Shown here piece by piece: positions 1-11,628 of a stretch of 64,000 bases of DNA. Positions within the stretch are counted from its first letter, which is position 1; each line of letters begins with the position of its first letter. The translations under genes and the position numbers were made by a program. The notes beneath the pieces are model-generated. The model was given only the letters and a program-made list of their open reading frames with translations, was not told the origin of the DNA and did not search any database. Origin of the DNA: Octopus vulgaris (taxonomy: Eukaryota); contig OX597817.1 in the NCBI GenBank assembly GCA_951406725.2, forward strand, positions 26,660,001 through 26,724,000, read 5' to 3'.

Positions 1-186
1 ACTTTTAACCGTGATGAACTGTATTCACATATATTCACACATTTTTCTCGTACTTTCTTATATACTTGTACAGATGAATTATATTCCATCTTCCGTGATG
101 TCTACTTGTATTTCCTATGATTAAATGTTCGAGTTATGAAATGTTATGTGGATGACCTTGCATTTGCTTGTTCGATAACTTTAGTT

Positions 187-236
<50 letters not shown>

Positions 237-264
237 AATAAGCAACAATGATAACCAGAGGTAA

Positions 265-351
265 TGCAGTACGATCGTTTCATGCAACTCCATTTAATTG
301 AACAATGCAATCATTACATAAATTTAAAATGCAGTCCAATCCTCAGCTGCA
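265..351 (-). ncRNA. Type I hammerhead ribozyme, intact core
   Basis: Minus strand: tgcag-CTGAGGA-[58 nt stem II]-GAAA-cgatcg-TA-ctgca; 5-bp stem I, palindromic stem III. Confidence 0.8.
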
Positions 352-430
352 CAAAGACAGAGACAACGTTTTAGGTATAATTATGCTAATGTGTCCATCT
401 GTTTTAATATAATTAAATTCTATGCCTTTT

Positions 431-517
431 TGCAGCTGAGGATTGCTCTGCATTTTAAATTGATGTAATGACTGCATTGTTCAATTAAATGAAGTTGCAT
501 GAAACAGTCATACTGCA
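431..517 (+). ncRNA. Type I hammerhead ribozyme, decayed stem III
   Basis: tgcag-CTGAGGA-[58 nt]-GAAA-cagtca-TA-ctgca; the C15.2-G16.2 pair is lost. Confidence 0.55.
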
Positions 518-707
518 TACCTCTGGATATCCTTGTTGCTTATTTTGATTTTAATCACCATACTTTCAAATTGTATGGATAATACCTTACTAAATTCTGT
601 TATATATATATATAAGCAGACTTTAAACGACGACGACGATGATGATGATGATGATGTGTGTGTGTATAAATATATATATATATATATGTATTTACACACA
701 CATACAT

Positions 708-815
708 CACCATTCGTCGTTTAATGTCTGCTTTCCATACTGGCATGGGTTGGATAGTTTGACTGAGGACTGGCAAGCTAGGAGGTTGCACTAGGCTTCA
801 GTCTGATCTGGCAAC
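708..815 (-). mobile_element. RTE-tail retroposon fragment (family C)
   Basis: Reverse complement of ccaacccatgc..atggaaagc.gac.ttaaacga(tga)n. Confidence 0.7.
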
Positions 816-1149
816 AACAGTAACAATCGTCCCATCCAGGGCAGCCACATTATGTTGGCAAATAGTTCTTTATTAAAGAACTGTTATTGAATATCTCTCT
901 TTGAGAGATTTAGAAATAATAATCTTTCTATTTATTAGATCAGTGACTGTGTGTCACTTTGAAAATTATATATTTTTAAATGAGAATTCAGCAACATCAC
1001 GTAGCCAAGCAGCTACTATATGCTGATAAAGGGTAATAACCCTGAAACCTCTCCACAGATGTTTCTTTGTGCTGGAAGAGGGTGCTGGACTCCCTGTTCA
1101 AAAATATAAGGACACAGATATTGTGTCTTATAGCCAGCTGAAAAATATG

Positions 1150-3306
1150 GAGTCTTCTCTGCAATCAATCTTGAAATTCTAACCGAGGCTTCCGCGCTTC
1201 TGGACTGGTGATCCCTGATGACGATGTCCTCAGTTGACGAACTATGGTCGTCCCTCAAAGCATATGTAATCTTGTTGACTGACCAAGCAGTTCCCGTTGG
1301 GCTTCCCAAGAAGAAGAAACACGAGCCCTGGGTGACGAAGAAGGTTAAACGAAAACTTCGACTAAGAGATATTGCTTGGGCTGAATTCAAAAATCTAGAT
1401 TCAACTGCAGCTTTTGAGGTGTACAAAACTCAACGAGACTGAGCTGTGAAAATGGAAAAGGAAGAACGCTTCAGATATGAATACCGAATTGCGGCAAACG
1501 CCAGTCGCAATCCAAAAACCTTCTTTGCCCATGTCCAACGGAATTCCCGCTTGAACAACCAAATTGCAACGTTGGTAGACTCAACAGGCATATTGATTGA
1601 GGACCCTTATCAACAGAGTCAGTTATTTGCCGAGGCTTTTTCAACTATTTTCAAACAAGATGATGGTCGTGGACCCCCTCCATTTGATAGATCAGTACCT
1701 CCAATGCTTAGATTGATCATCACGTGGGACGAAGTCGAACGAGTTATTCAAGGCCTCGATGTCAACAAGGGTCACGGCCCTGACGGCATACACCCACAGG
1801 TTATCAAAGCGTTGGCTCCGGTCATCTGCGAGCCTTTAACACTTCTATTCAATATGTCATTGGCGACGGGCGTTATACCTGCGGACTGGAGAACAGCGAT
1901 AATCTGCCCAATTTTCAAGAAAGGGAGCCGCGAAGACCCGCTTAACTACCGACCGGTTTCCCTTACTTCAATAATCAGCAAGATGTTCGAAACCATCCTT
2001 AAGAAAAGTATGTTGCTCCACCTCCAAAACACAGCCTCTATCTCTGATTCCCAACACGGCTTCGTGCCGAAGAGATCATGCTTGACCAACTTACTGGTAA
2101 TGGAAGAATTGGTGACGCATATCCTCGATGATGGTGATGCTGTTGACATCGTTTTATTAGACTTTGCCAAAGCTTTTGACTCGGTAAACCACCGCCTATT
2201 ACTTGTCAAGCTTCAAGCATATAGTTTCCATCCGGATATTGTACGATGGGTTGGTGCCTTCCTCTCAGATCGCTCCTTCCAAGTCCAAGTTAATGGTTCG
2301 CTGTCCGACGTCTCCAGTGCGAGCAGTGGCGTGCCTCAAGGTTCAGTGCTTGGGCCCTTATTGTTCTTAGTCTTCATAAATGACTTGCCCGACGACCTCA
2401 CGCAACACACCCTTCTATTTGCCGATGATGTCAAACTGGTCGCTCCTCGCGGTGATATAGAGGATCTTCGTCGATGCCTCCACCAAGTTTGGAGATGGTC
2501 TAACGAATGGGACCTGTGTCTGAACGTGTCAAAGTGCTGTCATCTGCCTGTTGGCTCTTCTCCTGCAACTCAACTTGATTTCGAGCCGGGTCGTCTGCTG
2601 CTGGAGAGGACCAACCAGGTAAAGGACCTGGGTATCTTGGTGCATTCTTCCTTCTCGCCTTCGGCCCAGTGCATCCATGCTGCCAACAAAGCACGCGAAG
2701 TTCTGTTTTTGATTCGACGGTCATTCGGAATGCTCACAGCAGCCATATTCCTACCGCTCTATGTCACGCTGGTGAGACCCATATTGGAGTACGGGATTCA
2801 AGCCTCTTCTCCTTATCTCCTCAAAGACATACAGCATCTCGAAAGAGTCCAGAAGCTGGCTACCCGCATGGTTCTTGGTCTCAAGCATTTGTCTTATGAA
2901 GAAAGGCTGAAGACGCTCGACCTTTATTCTCTAGAAAAACGACGACGCCGTGGTGATCTCATTCTTGCTCACAACATCATAAGCGGAAAGTGTAACCTCT
3001 CGAAAGAGCTGTTCTTCACTCCTGCTCCAGAGCGTCGGCTGCGGGGTCACTCCGAAAAGCTCTATCTGCGACGATTTCCTCTCAATCGAAGGAGAGGGGC
3101 TTTCTCCGTCCGGGTTGCAGAACCGTGGAATAAGCTACCGGATGAGATAGTGAAGATGCTGACGACCGCTCGGTTCAAAGTCTCCCTTGACCACAAATGG
3201 CCTGAACTCTTTGCATGAACACCACCCTGTACAAAACTCCATGTCCCCCTACATGGCCTTGCTTTTTGCTTTTTGAGCCAAAAAATTAACTAACTAACTA
3301 ACTAAC
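1150..3306 (+). mobile_element. 5'-truncated CR1-group LINE with (TAAC)n tail
   Basis: RT ORF, short 3' UTR, tail taactaactaactaactaac; upstream linker is in frame but has TGA at 1209 and 1440; no endonuclease domain. Confidence 0.92.
1446..3218 (+). CDS. LINE ORF2 reverse transcriptase (CR1 group), partial
   Basis: GPDGIHP, NYRPVSLTS, QHGF..RSCLTNL, LDFAKAFDSV, GVPQGSVLGPLLF, FADD, KDLG, LERVQ..AT, RRRRGDLI, WNKLP. Confidence 0.93.
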   Translation: MKMEKEERFRYEYRIAANASRNPKTFFAHVQRNSRLNNQIATLVDSTGILIEDPYQQSQLFAEAFSTIFKQDDGRGPPPFDRSVPPMLRLIITWDEVERVIQGLDVNKGHGPDGIHPQVIKALAPVICEPLTLLFNMSLATGVIPADWRTAIICPIFKKGSREDPLNYRPVSLTSIISKMFETILKKSMLLHLQNTASISDSQHGFVPKRSCLTNLLVMEELVTHILDDGDAVDIVLLDFAKAFDSVNHRLLLVKLQAYSFHPDIVRWVGAFLSDRSFQVQVNGSLSDVSSASSGVPQGSVLGPLLFLVFINDLPDDLTQHTLLFADDVKLVAPRGDIEDLRRCLHQVWRWSNEWDLCLNVSKCCHLPVGSSPATQLDFEPGRLLLERTNQVKDLGILVHSSFSPSAQCIHAANKAREVLFLIRRSFGMLTAAIFLPLYVTLVRPILEYGIQASSPYLLKDIQHLERVQKLATRMVLGLKHLSYEERLKTLDLYSLEKRRRRGDLILAHNIISGKCNLSKELFFTPAPERRLRGHSEKLYLRRFPLNRRRGAFSVRVAEPWNKLPDEIVKMLTTARFKVSLDHKWPELFA

Positions 3307-3595
3307 ATATCTATATTTAGTTTCACTTTCAAAATAGTAGGCCCAGTAGTTAAAACAGAAGAAGTTTGTTAACTCGAAGTAAAGATTCAGCTGACTAGTT
3401 CTGTCTTTCTTGAGAATCATTAGAGACTACTTCTGTCTTTGTAAACACTGAAGACTACCATTTGTTTTGGCAGAAATCAAACAAACAAAAAACAGCATAC
3501 AAAATATAATATAGTAAAATAGGGAACTTTTTACAATACTAAGAAAGAATTAGTAATTTTATAATGTTTTATATTTCAGGTGATTCACCCATCTG

Positions 3596-3815
3596 TTTGG
3601 TTGGTGCATAATTATTGCACTTTTTTTCAATAAGTTTTATTCAGCAGAAACTATAACAATGTGTTACAGATATATCTTTGAATGATTATTCCGGAGCATA
3701 ATCACCATATACTTCAATTAATGCTTGGCATTTTGTTTAAATCGGTGTTTTGTTTAAATTTTTTGTTGAATTAAATTTATTGCAAAAAAGTCACAATAAT
3801 TATGCACCAGCCTAA
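3596..3815. mobile_element. mariner-type MITE
   Basis: TIRs ggttggtgcataattattg / caataattatgcaccagcctaa followed by TA. Confidence 0.65.
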
Positions 3816-4059
3816 TAAAAAGAACAGCAGTCAAAGAAGTATTGAATATTAGTGGTTGTCCAAGTATAGTTAAGGCAAGCCTCTGAATGTGGATGCATCA
3901 CCCAAAATATAAGGAATTGATAAATTCTTAATTCTTTCTTTCACATTTTGTGAAGCTTTCTACCTTATTTCAGTTTATAATATCACAATGCTTCAAGCAA
4001 AAACTATGATTCCCTTCCTTAGGAGAGAATATATTAAAAAGTAGAACTCCAATAATATT

Positions 4060-4270
4060 CAAATTTTGGCACAAGACCAGTAATTTTGCGAGAGGTGGTA
4101 AGTCGATTACATCGACCCCAGTGAGCAATTGATGTTTATTTTATTGACCCCAGAAGGATAGAAGGCAAAGTCGACTTCAGCAGTATTTGATTCCAGCATG
4201 TAAAGCCAGATGAAATACCACTATGCATTTTACCTACCACAATAAGAAATCTGCCAGCTTGCCACCTTAA
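4060..4270 (-). mobile_element. SINE family B, degenerate
   Basis: aagtcgattacatcgacccc...ggcaaagtcgac...ctgccagcttgccacc. Confidence 0.65.
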
Positions 4271-4362
4271 GGAGAACTCTAATGATAAAACTATTAATGC
4301 AAAATTGTTAAAAGATATGTGTGTATGTATGAATGTATGTACGTATATCTGCTATGATCAAT

Positions 4363-4890
4363 AGGCATAGCTATTGATCGTAGCAGGTGGAGAAGGATTG
4401 TGCATGAGGGGACAGCCACGTTTGAGAAATATCGAGTTGCACATGAGAAAGTAAGGAGGGATGTCAGGAAGGGCATCGCTCTTACACTTCCAGAAGGGAA
4501 GGGTCTTCCTTTGATTCTGACATGCAAGGTCTGTGCAAGAACCTGCCTCAGTAAAGCTGGACTCATGAGTCATCTTCGTAGTCATAAAACGAGACAGATG
4601 GGTGACAACCTGGCCACTGGTGGTGGTGTAACACACCATACTAATCATATCTGTTGGGCATGTTGAAGAGAGTGTAATTCAGCAGGAGGACTTAAACGAC
4701 ATGCAAAAGTACATGAAGCCCAGTTACAACTACAGCCGGCTATTACCAGTAAAGGTCTTAGTTGCCAATTTTGTACAAGACATTGTAGATCTTTAGCTGG
4801 GCTAAAAAAAGTCATATTCGATCACAGCACCAGTAACAATTAAGCTTCGTGCAATGGCCATACTCGATAATGAGGGGGCAGCCATAATAT
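4363..4890 (+). mobile_element. 3' end of an RTE-clade LINE with three C2H2 zinc fingers (decayed)
   Basis: AIDRSRWRRIVHEG..F motif; CKVC..HLRSH, CWAC..HAKVH, CQFC..HIRSQH; ends ggccatactcg..gaggggcagcc followed by a TA tract. Confidence 0.75.
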
Positions 4891-4891
4891 A

Positions 4892-4952
<61 letters not shown>

Positions 4953-5216
4953 ATCAAACTTCTGCTCAATTCCATCGACTGAATTCCACTCACAAGTTAT
5001 TGGTCAGCTCAAGACTATATTAAGAGTCATGGAGTGGAATTGAGTCTGGAATCACATTCTTACACAGCAAACTTGTCAAACCATGCACTCTTGTCTCCTA
5101 AAAATCATCGAACATATTCCAGGCTTAAAATCTAATTAAAAACATCTTCAGTATTACTAATAAATGGACATTGTGCTAAAGTCACAGAATAAATACATTT
5201 TTGAATGATTACATAC

Positions 5217-5248
5217 CTTCAAATATATTCAATGTGAGGATAATTGGT
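5217..5248 (-). CDS. Candidate exon (PIILTLNIFE) of putative polycystin-like gene
   Basis: tttatttacag|32 nt|gtatgt; phase-compatible with the 5416-5486 exon. Confidence 0.45.
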
Positions 5249-5415
5249 CTGTAAATAAACGAAGAAAACATGACTTATCATTTCCAAAGATATAAACAAC
5301 TATAAATTAAAACAGACTATCACTAAACAATAGAATCTCCTATTTTCCAAAAGTAAATGAATAATTATTTTCTTTCAGAATTCTTATGAAATTATATCCT
5401 TCCACCTCCACATAC

Positions 5416-5486
5416 AATTCTTTTCGAGATATTTGAAGAATAGGATGTTGAATTGTCTTCAATTTTAAAGTCTTTTCTGAAGTAGT
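5416..5486 (-). CDS. Candidate exon (TTSEKTLKLKTIQHPILQISRKE)
   Basis: attttgtag|71 nt|gtatgt; IQHPILQISR resembles the polycystin TOP-domain LGxPRLRQxR motif. Confidence 0.45.
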
Positions 5487-6518
5487 CTACAAAATATGTT
5501 ACATGAATGGAGATAAAGAGGTGAAACCTTTAAAATAATCAATATAGTTATTTAACATTAGTTTTTAATTAAAATATATATATTTTTTACCAATACAATT
5601 GCTTTGCTCAAAATGAAGAGACTGAATGAAATCACATATGTTTTAAAAGTTCAATTTGAAATCTTATCAATGTCACTTATTTTCTTTTCTTGCAATTAAT
5701 CAGCATTTCACTTTGAAAATTGTTTATACAGAAGTAGATAGTGTAATTTCATTTACTTTAATTAAATGTATAATGCTAAAATAAGGCAGAAAATATTAGA
5801 TGTTGCAGTGGGATGGAAGAATTTAAGACAATAATGTATGGAAATACAAAAGACATGATAAAGATTATTATTAATCTCAGCAAAAATATAATTCTTAACT
5901 AGCAGTAAGTAAGTGTTTTTCATTAAAACCTTACAGACATAGACATTTGTAAATCTAAATAGTTCATAAAATCAGCTGGAATATATATATATAACAGTAG
6001 CTAAAGCATCATAGATGTGTGGTTTGAAGTATAGGCTTATGATAAATAGATTCTACAGGTATTTCCATGATTAGTTAAGCACAAAAATCTTCCTCCTTTA
6101 ACATTTGTTAAACAACAGGTGTGGTGCTTGCTATAGAACAAATGAAGTTGTACTTTTGCAAACATGCCAGCCTCATTCAGGTGTGGATTGGAGTACTGGT
6201 CTCCAACTATTACACAGCTCTCGTTTATGGTTCCCAAAATTGGTAGTGCTCACTGATGGCCACACCATGGCAAATCAAATCACTCTGGCTAGGGAGCAAA
6301 ATAATGCAGAGGGTATTAGCTATCATGGAAGGATTGCTGTGCAGGGAAAGTCAGCACTTAAATTCACAAAGACTGAAATGGCATATGAGGGAGAAAAACA
6401 CAATATGGTCAGTAGCTCAGAATGCATGACAACAAGATGTGTGGTGCTCCACTTGAAGGCATGCAAACTTGTGGCCAACATCTATGGAAGGGATATGGAC
6501 CCCATTATATATATAATA

Positions 6519-6723
6519 GAGCCTCGTCTGGCACCTGTGTCAGTGGCACATAAAAAGCACCTACTACACTCATGGAGTGGTTGGTGTTAGGAAGGGCATC
6601 CAGCTGTAGAAACACTGCCAGATTAGACTGGGCCTGGTGCAGCCTTTGGGCTTCCCAGACCCCAGTTGAACCATCCAACACATGCTAGCATGGAAAGCGG
6701 ATGTTAAACGATGATGATGATGA
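6519..6723 (+). mobile_element. RTE-tail retroposon (family C)
   Basis: gtggcacataaaaagcacc..ggaagggcatccagctgtag..aaacgatgatgatg. Confidence 0.8.
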
Positions 6724-7077
6724 ACCCAAAGTAAATCATGGATCTACCTAAATTAAGCAAATTAATGTCCTTAATATTCAATCTCCAGAGAACAGAAGAC
6801 ACTTTTTGATTAAACTACCAAAAACATCCTGAAGATTCACAAAGTATTACTAAATATATAAATAAATGATAAAGTAACTTTAAAATATTAATTATCGAAG
6901 CCTTTTGCCTCTCATCTCTGTCACATCAAAATAAGTAATAAAGATTTCCTGTTAGTCTGTCTTAAAGTCTCTTTTCCATGTTCCTCAAAAAATTAATTTA
7001 CTGTCTTTATTTACTGCTCTCCTGAAATTCTCCTTCCACTCACAGCTGCTTCATCATCTGCTTCTTCTGACAGTTTC

Positions 7078-7296
7078 TCTTTTACTTTCTCTTTTACTTG
7101 TTTCAGTCATTTGACTGCGGCCATGCTGGAGCACCGCCTTTAGTCGAGCAAATCGACCCCGGGACTTATTCTTTGTAAGCCCAATACTTATTCTATCAGT
7201 ATCTTTTGCCGAACCGCTAAGTGACGGGGACGTAAACACACCAGCATCAGTTGTCAAGCAATGCTAGAGGGACAAACACAGACACACAAACATATG

Positions 7297-7340
<44 letters not shown>

Positions 7341-7715
7341 GTGAAATAGAAAGATGAATAATCTTGTAGCAGATTAATCAAAAGTTTAACCGATACTTTG
7401 GTAGCAAAAATCACAGCAGAAAACAGCACGGTTGGAGGTACAACCATATGGTGTTGCAACCGTGCGTTGGTGCGGATAATTGAAATTAAAATAATTGAAA
7501 TTAAAATATTATTGGTGAATTGAAGAAATGGAGCTGGACGAAGATTGAACAGAAATCGTTTTATTTCATTCTACACGTGTTTTGAAAGGCACAATTTACC
7601 AAAATCCGATTGAATAATGAGACCATATTGTGTCTTTCTCTTCAGGAAGAAATAGGAAATCCGTTGGAAAAAACAAAAACAGAACAGAGGCGGAGCAAAA
7701 CAAATCGAACTCACC

Positions 7716-7756
<41 letters not shown>

Positions 7757-7852
7757 TGACAGGCTTCTTTCAGTTTCCGTCTACCAAATCCACTCACAAG
7801 GCTTTGGTCGGCCCGAGGCTATAGCAGAAGACACTTGCCCAAGATGCCACAC
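7078..7852 (-). mobile_element. SINE family A, split by an insertion at 7338-7720
   Basis: Family-A halves lie on both sides of the internal TA spacer. Confidence 0.8.
7569..7648 (-). ncRNA. Hammerhead motif with G12A core mutation
   Basis: ttc-CTGAAGA-gaaagacacaat...attgtgcctttc-AAAA-cacgtg-TA-gaa. Confidence 0.6.
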
Positions 7853-8192
7853 AAAAAATTCGTTCATAAACTCATTAACCTTGGTGACTTCATTATTCAT
7901 AAATTCTTTGTTTTCTTACAAATCACTAATTGAAGTTGCTGACGCAGAAGTGGATTCTTTGCAATCCTGAATTCTCTTCAAAAATTAATATCATCACCCC
8001 AAACATATTCCAAATTAACATATAATCATTACAAGTATCCTTAATCCATTCCTCCTTTAGAAACTCAACTTTTACAAATCTACCATTATCTACGGTCTCA
8101 GCAAATTTTGGATTAACTGAGCAATACTTAATCATGGCTACCAACCATGCTTGCTCATATCACCAAGCTGCCCCAACCCCTAACTTGTATGT

Positions 8193-8602
8193 CTCTCTCT
8201 TTTACTCTTTTACTTGTTTCAGTCATTTGACTGCGGCCATGCTGGAGCACCACCTTTTAGTCATGCAAATCGACCCCGGGACTTATTCTTTGTAAGCCCA
8301 GTACTTATTCTATCGGTCTCTTTTGCCAAACTGCTAAGTGACGGAGACGTAAACACACCAGCATCGGTTGTCAAGCAATGCTAGGGGGACAAACACAGAC
8401 ACACAAACACACACACATACATATATACATATATACACATATACGACAGGCTTCTTTCAGTTTCCGTCTACCAAATCCACTCACAAGGCATTGGTCGGCC
8501 CAGGGCTATAGCAGAAGACACTTGCTCAAGATGCCACGCAGTGGGACTGAACCCGGAACCATGTGGCTGGTTAGCAAGCTACTTACCACACAGCCACTCC
8601 TG
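8193..8602 (-). mobile_element. SINE family A (tRNA-derived head)
   Basis: Head aggagtggctgtgtggtaag..ggttcagtccc (A/B boxes); tail (gagtaaaa)n. Confidence 0.85.
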
Positions 8603-8929
8603 TCACTTCAATTCTGATAACTAATCAGGGACTTATTGGTTTTATGCCAGCAAATTCTGGCAATGATTGTACTTTGAGACATCTAAGAAGGTGATCAGAA
8701 GTATACATTTAAGTATGAGTTTTCTCATCTTTTTCACACAACCAAAGGCCAGAACACCAGATGCTTTATACAAGATCACATGCAGCTGCATTGCAGCCAT
8801 GAAGATCAAGAACATGACTCACAGAACCAAGAAAAATTTATCAAAGTTCAACTGGTTCGCTTATACTCACCACTGCAACTCCTAAAAGGCTATCATAAAA
8901 TACAAGTCTTCTCTACAAAAATTCATGCC

Positions 8930-9468
8930 TGTTTTGTGAAGACCTGGCAAGCTCAAGTGAGACCATAATCTCGTGGCCTATGCCAGGGGTGTAACCAGCC
9001 CACTTATGCATATCTTTCCTTCATTGGCACTAAACTCTGCTTGCGAAGACCTACCTGTTGAGGCAAGTGAAATCGAAATCAAATTCGATGACTGACATCC
9101 ATACTAGTGGCACGTAAAAAGCACCATTCGAGTGTGATTGTTATCAGCATCACCTTACTGGCATGTGAAAAAACATTTGAGCGAGGTCATAGCCAGTGCC
9201 GCTGGACTGGCTCTTGTGCAGGTGGCATGTAAAAAACACCATTTGAACATGGCTGTTGCCACTACCACGTGACTGGCCCTCGTGCTGGTGGCACATAAAG
9301 GCAGCCACTACACTCTCAGAGTGGTTGGCGTTAGGAAGGGCATCCAGCTGTAGAAACTCTGCCAGATCAAGATTGGAGCCTGGTGCAGCTATCTGGTTCA
9401 CCAGACTCAGTCAAATCATCCAACCCATGCTAGCATGGAAAGTGGACATTAAACGATGATGATGATGA
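8930..9468 (+). mobile_element. RTE 3'-end / family C retroposon
   Basis: Repeated gtggcacgtaaaaagcacc units; (gat)n tail. Confidence 0.75.
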
Positions 9469-10144
9469 TGTTTTGACCTTAGTTTTATTAGTGCTTATAT
9501 TCATGAATATGAAACGAGTGTGTGTGTGTGTGTGTGAGTGATTGTGTGTGTGTGTGTGTTTGTGTGTGTGAGTTTGTGTGCGTATATTTGTGTTTGTGTT
9601 TGTGTGTGCATGTGTGTGTGTGTGTGTGTCTGTGTGTATGTGTGTGAGTGTCTGTGTGTATAAGTTGCATACAGAATCAAATTTTTCTTTTTCATATATC
9701 TTCATGCTAACCATGGTCAAACATGGCTATCTATGATCGAAAGCATACTAATAATAACCATTTCATTATCTGATGTGTTATTTTATAAAAATGGTAGAAT
9801 ACAATTTGAGTGAGACCTAGCTGTTATTTCTGTCAGGTTGAATGGCCATATCAAGAACGTCTCATTAGTATAGAGACCCTCATAGTGTGCAGGTGTGAAT
9901 ATAACCACCTGTTCAATTATTGCTAACAGACAGATGTATTCTTATGTTTGTGTCAGACTTACATCCTAATAAATCAAAACCATTATACTTTAAAAGAAAA
10001 TTATAACTTAGTAAAATAAGAAACGAAGTAAAAAAAGAAAATCTGAAAATTAATATGAATCATCACTAATGAGCCAAATAGTTAGAGTGTTCATCTTCTT
10101 ATATAATTCTATGTCATCATATTATAAATAGATATATATGAAAC

Positions 10145-10251
10145 CTGCAAAATAATTCAGAGTCCATCTGTGAATCCAATTCACATCGTCTATATCATTT
10201 AAGAAACCTAAAACATCATCTAGATAAATATGTGAGAGCAGCAAAAATAAG
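10145..10251 (-). CDS. Candidate exon (LFLLLSHIYLDDVLGFLNDIDDVNWIHRWTLNYFA)
   Basis: Strong acceptor ttgttttttcttacag, weaker donor gtttca; the DIDDVNWIHRW segment resembles the start of a polycystin TOP domain. Confidence 0.45.
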
Positions 10252-10944
10252 CTGTAAGAAAAAACAAAAAAAAACATACAAAAAAAACGACATAAAGCTG
10301 TGTTATAAAAGATTACCTACAGATATGAAACAAGTTTATGGAAATTCTCTCATGTTTTTGTTATCTTTAACAGTATTGCAGCAACAATCAGGATTCTGCT
10401 ACAGTCTAATCTTGTGTTACTAATAGGATTGCTCTATATTCTCTGGAGGTTCTGTCTGAATCTTGAAGTATTGATTACTGAGTGAGAATCTATCTGATAA
10501 AGAGCTTAATTCAAAAGAAATTTTTGGACTGCAAATTTACAAAACAGAATTTCGCATATATTGGTGTATATCTTGTTGCGAAGAAAATAAATTTAACAAT
10601 TTTGGCAGTATTTGGCCCCTTTTAAAAAAAACACAGTGATAATCTAGAATCCATCAAATTACGGTATCTCTAAAGAAACAAAATCAGATTTTAAATTGTT
10701 ATGATACAAGTTATATATATATATATATGTATATATATTCTTCTCTTTAAAAGAAAAGCAGCCTTAAGTAGCTTACCGAAATCCAAATCACTATTTGAGA
10801 CATTTATTGTAGCTTCTGATAGTCTGTGTAATTTATCTTTTCAAATTTCAACTAATCCTCTCCTCGAACAATAGCGGGATATATATTTGTATTAGAATGT
10901 GCACACACATACATACATACATAAACAGATTCATACATACATAC

Positions 10945-10995
<51 letters not shown>

Positions 10996-11087
10996 TATAT
11001 AATGATGCAGATAAACAAGATTAGCCTTGATCTATGTAAATATAGATACATACATATACACACCCTCACCCACACACAAATATATAT

Positions 11088-11128
<41 letters not shown>

Positions 11129-11149
11129 AATATCCTGATGCATCAGGCA

Positions 11150-11628
11150 ATACGATATGCTTGAGAAGACCTGTACAGTAAAATAAAACCAATATCGTAG
11201 CTGTGGCCAGTGCCCCCTGACTGGCTCCCATGCCAGTGGTATGTAAAAGCACCATCCAAACATACATATGTGCCACCGGTATGGGAGCCAGTCCACCTAA
11301 CTGGCTCCCATGCCAGTAGCACATAAAATGCACCATCTAAATATAGCCAATGCTTGTACCTGCTGACTGACTGTTGTGCCGGTGGCGCATAAAAAGCACC
11401 AGCCAAATTTGATCAATGCCAGGCCCACCTGACTGGTTCCTGTGCCAGTGGCACATAAAAAGCACCCACTACACTCTTGGAGTGGTTGGTGTTAGGAAGG
11501 GCATCCAGCTGTAGAAACATTGCCAGATCAGATTAGAGCCTGGTGCAGATGCTGACTTCCCAGACCACAGTCAAACCATCCAACCCATGCCAACATGGAA
11601 AATGGACGTTAAAAGATGATGATGATGA
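11150..11628 (+). mobile_element. RTE 3'-end / family C retroposon
   Basis: Same motifs as 8930-9468; (gat)n tail. Confidence 0.75.

Larger units (their letters stand above)
234..548. mobile_element. Fold-back Penelope-type pLTR relic between TA tracts, one HHR motif per arm
   Basis: Arms ~234-352 and ~430-548 are imperfect reverse complements (caaaataagcaacaa... / ...ttgttgcttattttg); (TA)n on both sides. Confidence 0.7.

Noticed and set aside
1016-1426. 136-aa minus ORF with apparent acceptor at ~1140
   Set aside because: Antisense of the LINE plus a dispersed repeat also found at ~27630.
6105-6590. 161-aa plus ORF
   Set aside because: No recognisable motif, non-ATG start, and it ends inside a retroposon.
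8378-8617. Recurrent RQASFSFRLPNPLTR.. ORFs
   Set aside because: Antisense reading of SINE family A, not a gene family.
10540-10669. Extra exon RYRNLMDS../GQILPKLLNLFSSQQDIHQYMRNSV
   Set aside because: Needs a homopolymer frameshift or an unverified acceptor; the phase to the upstream exon is unresolved.
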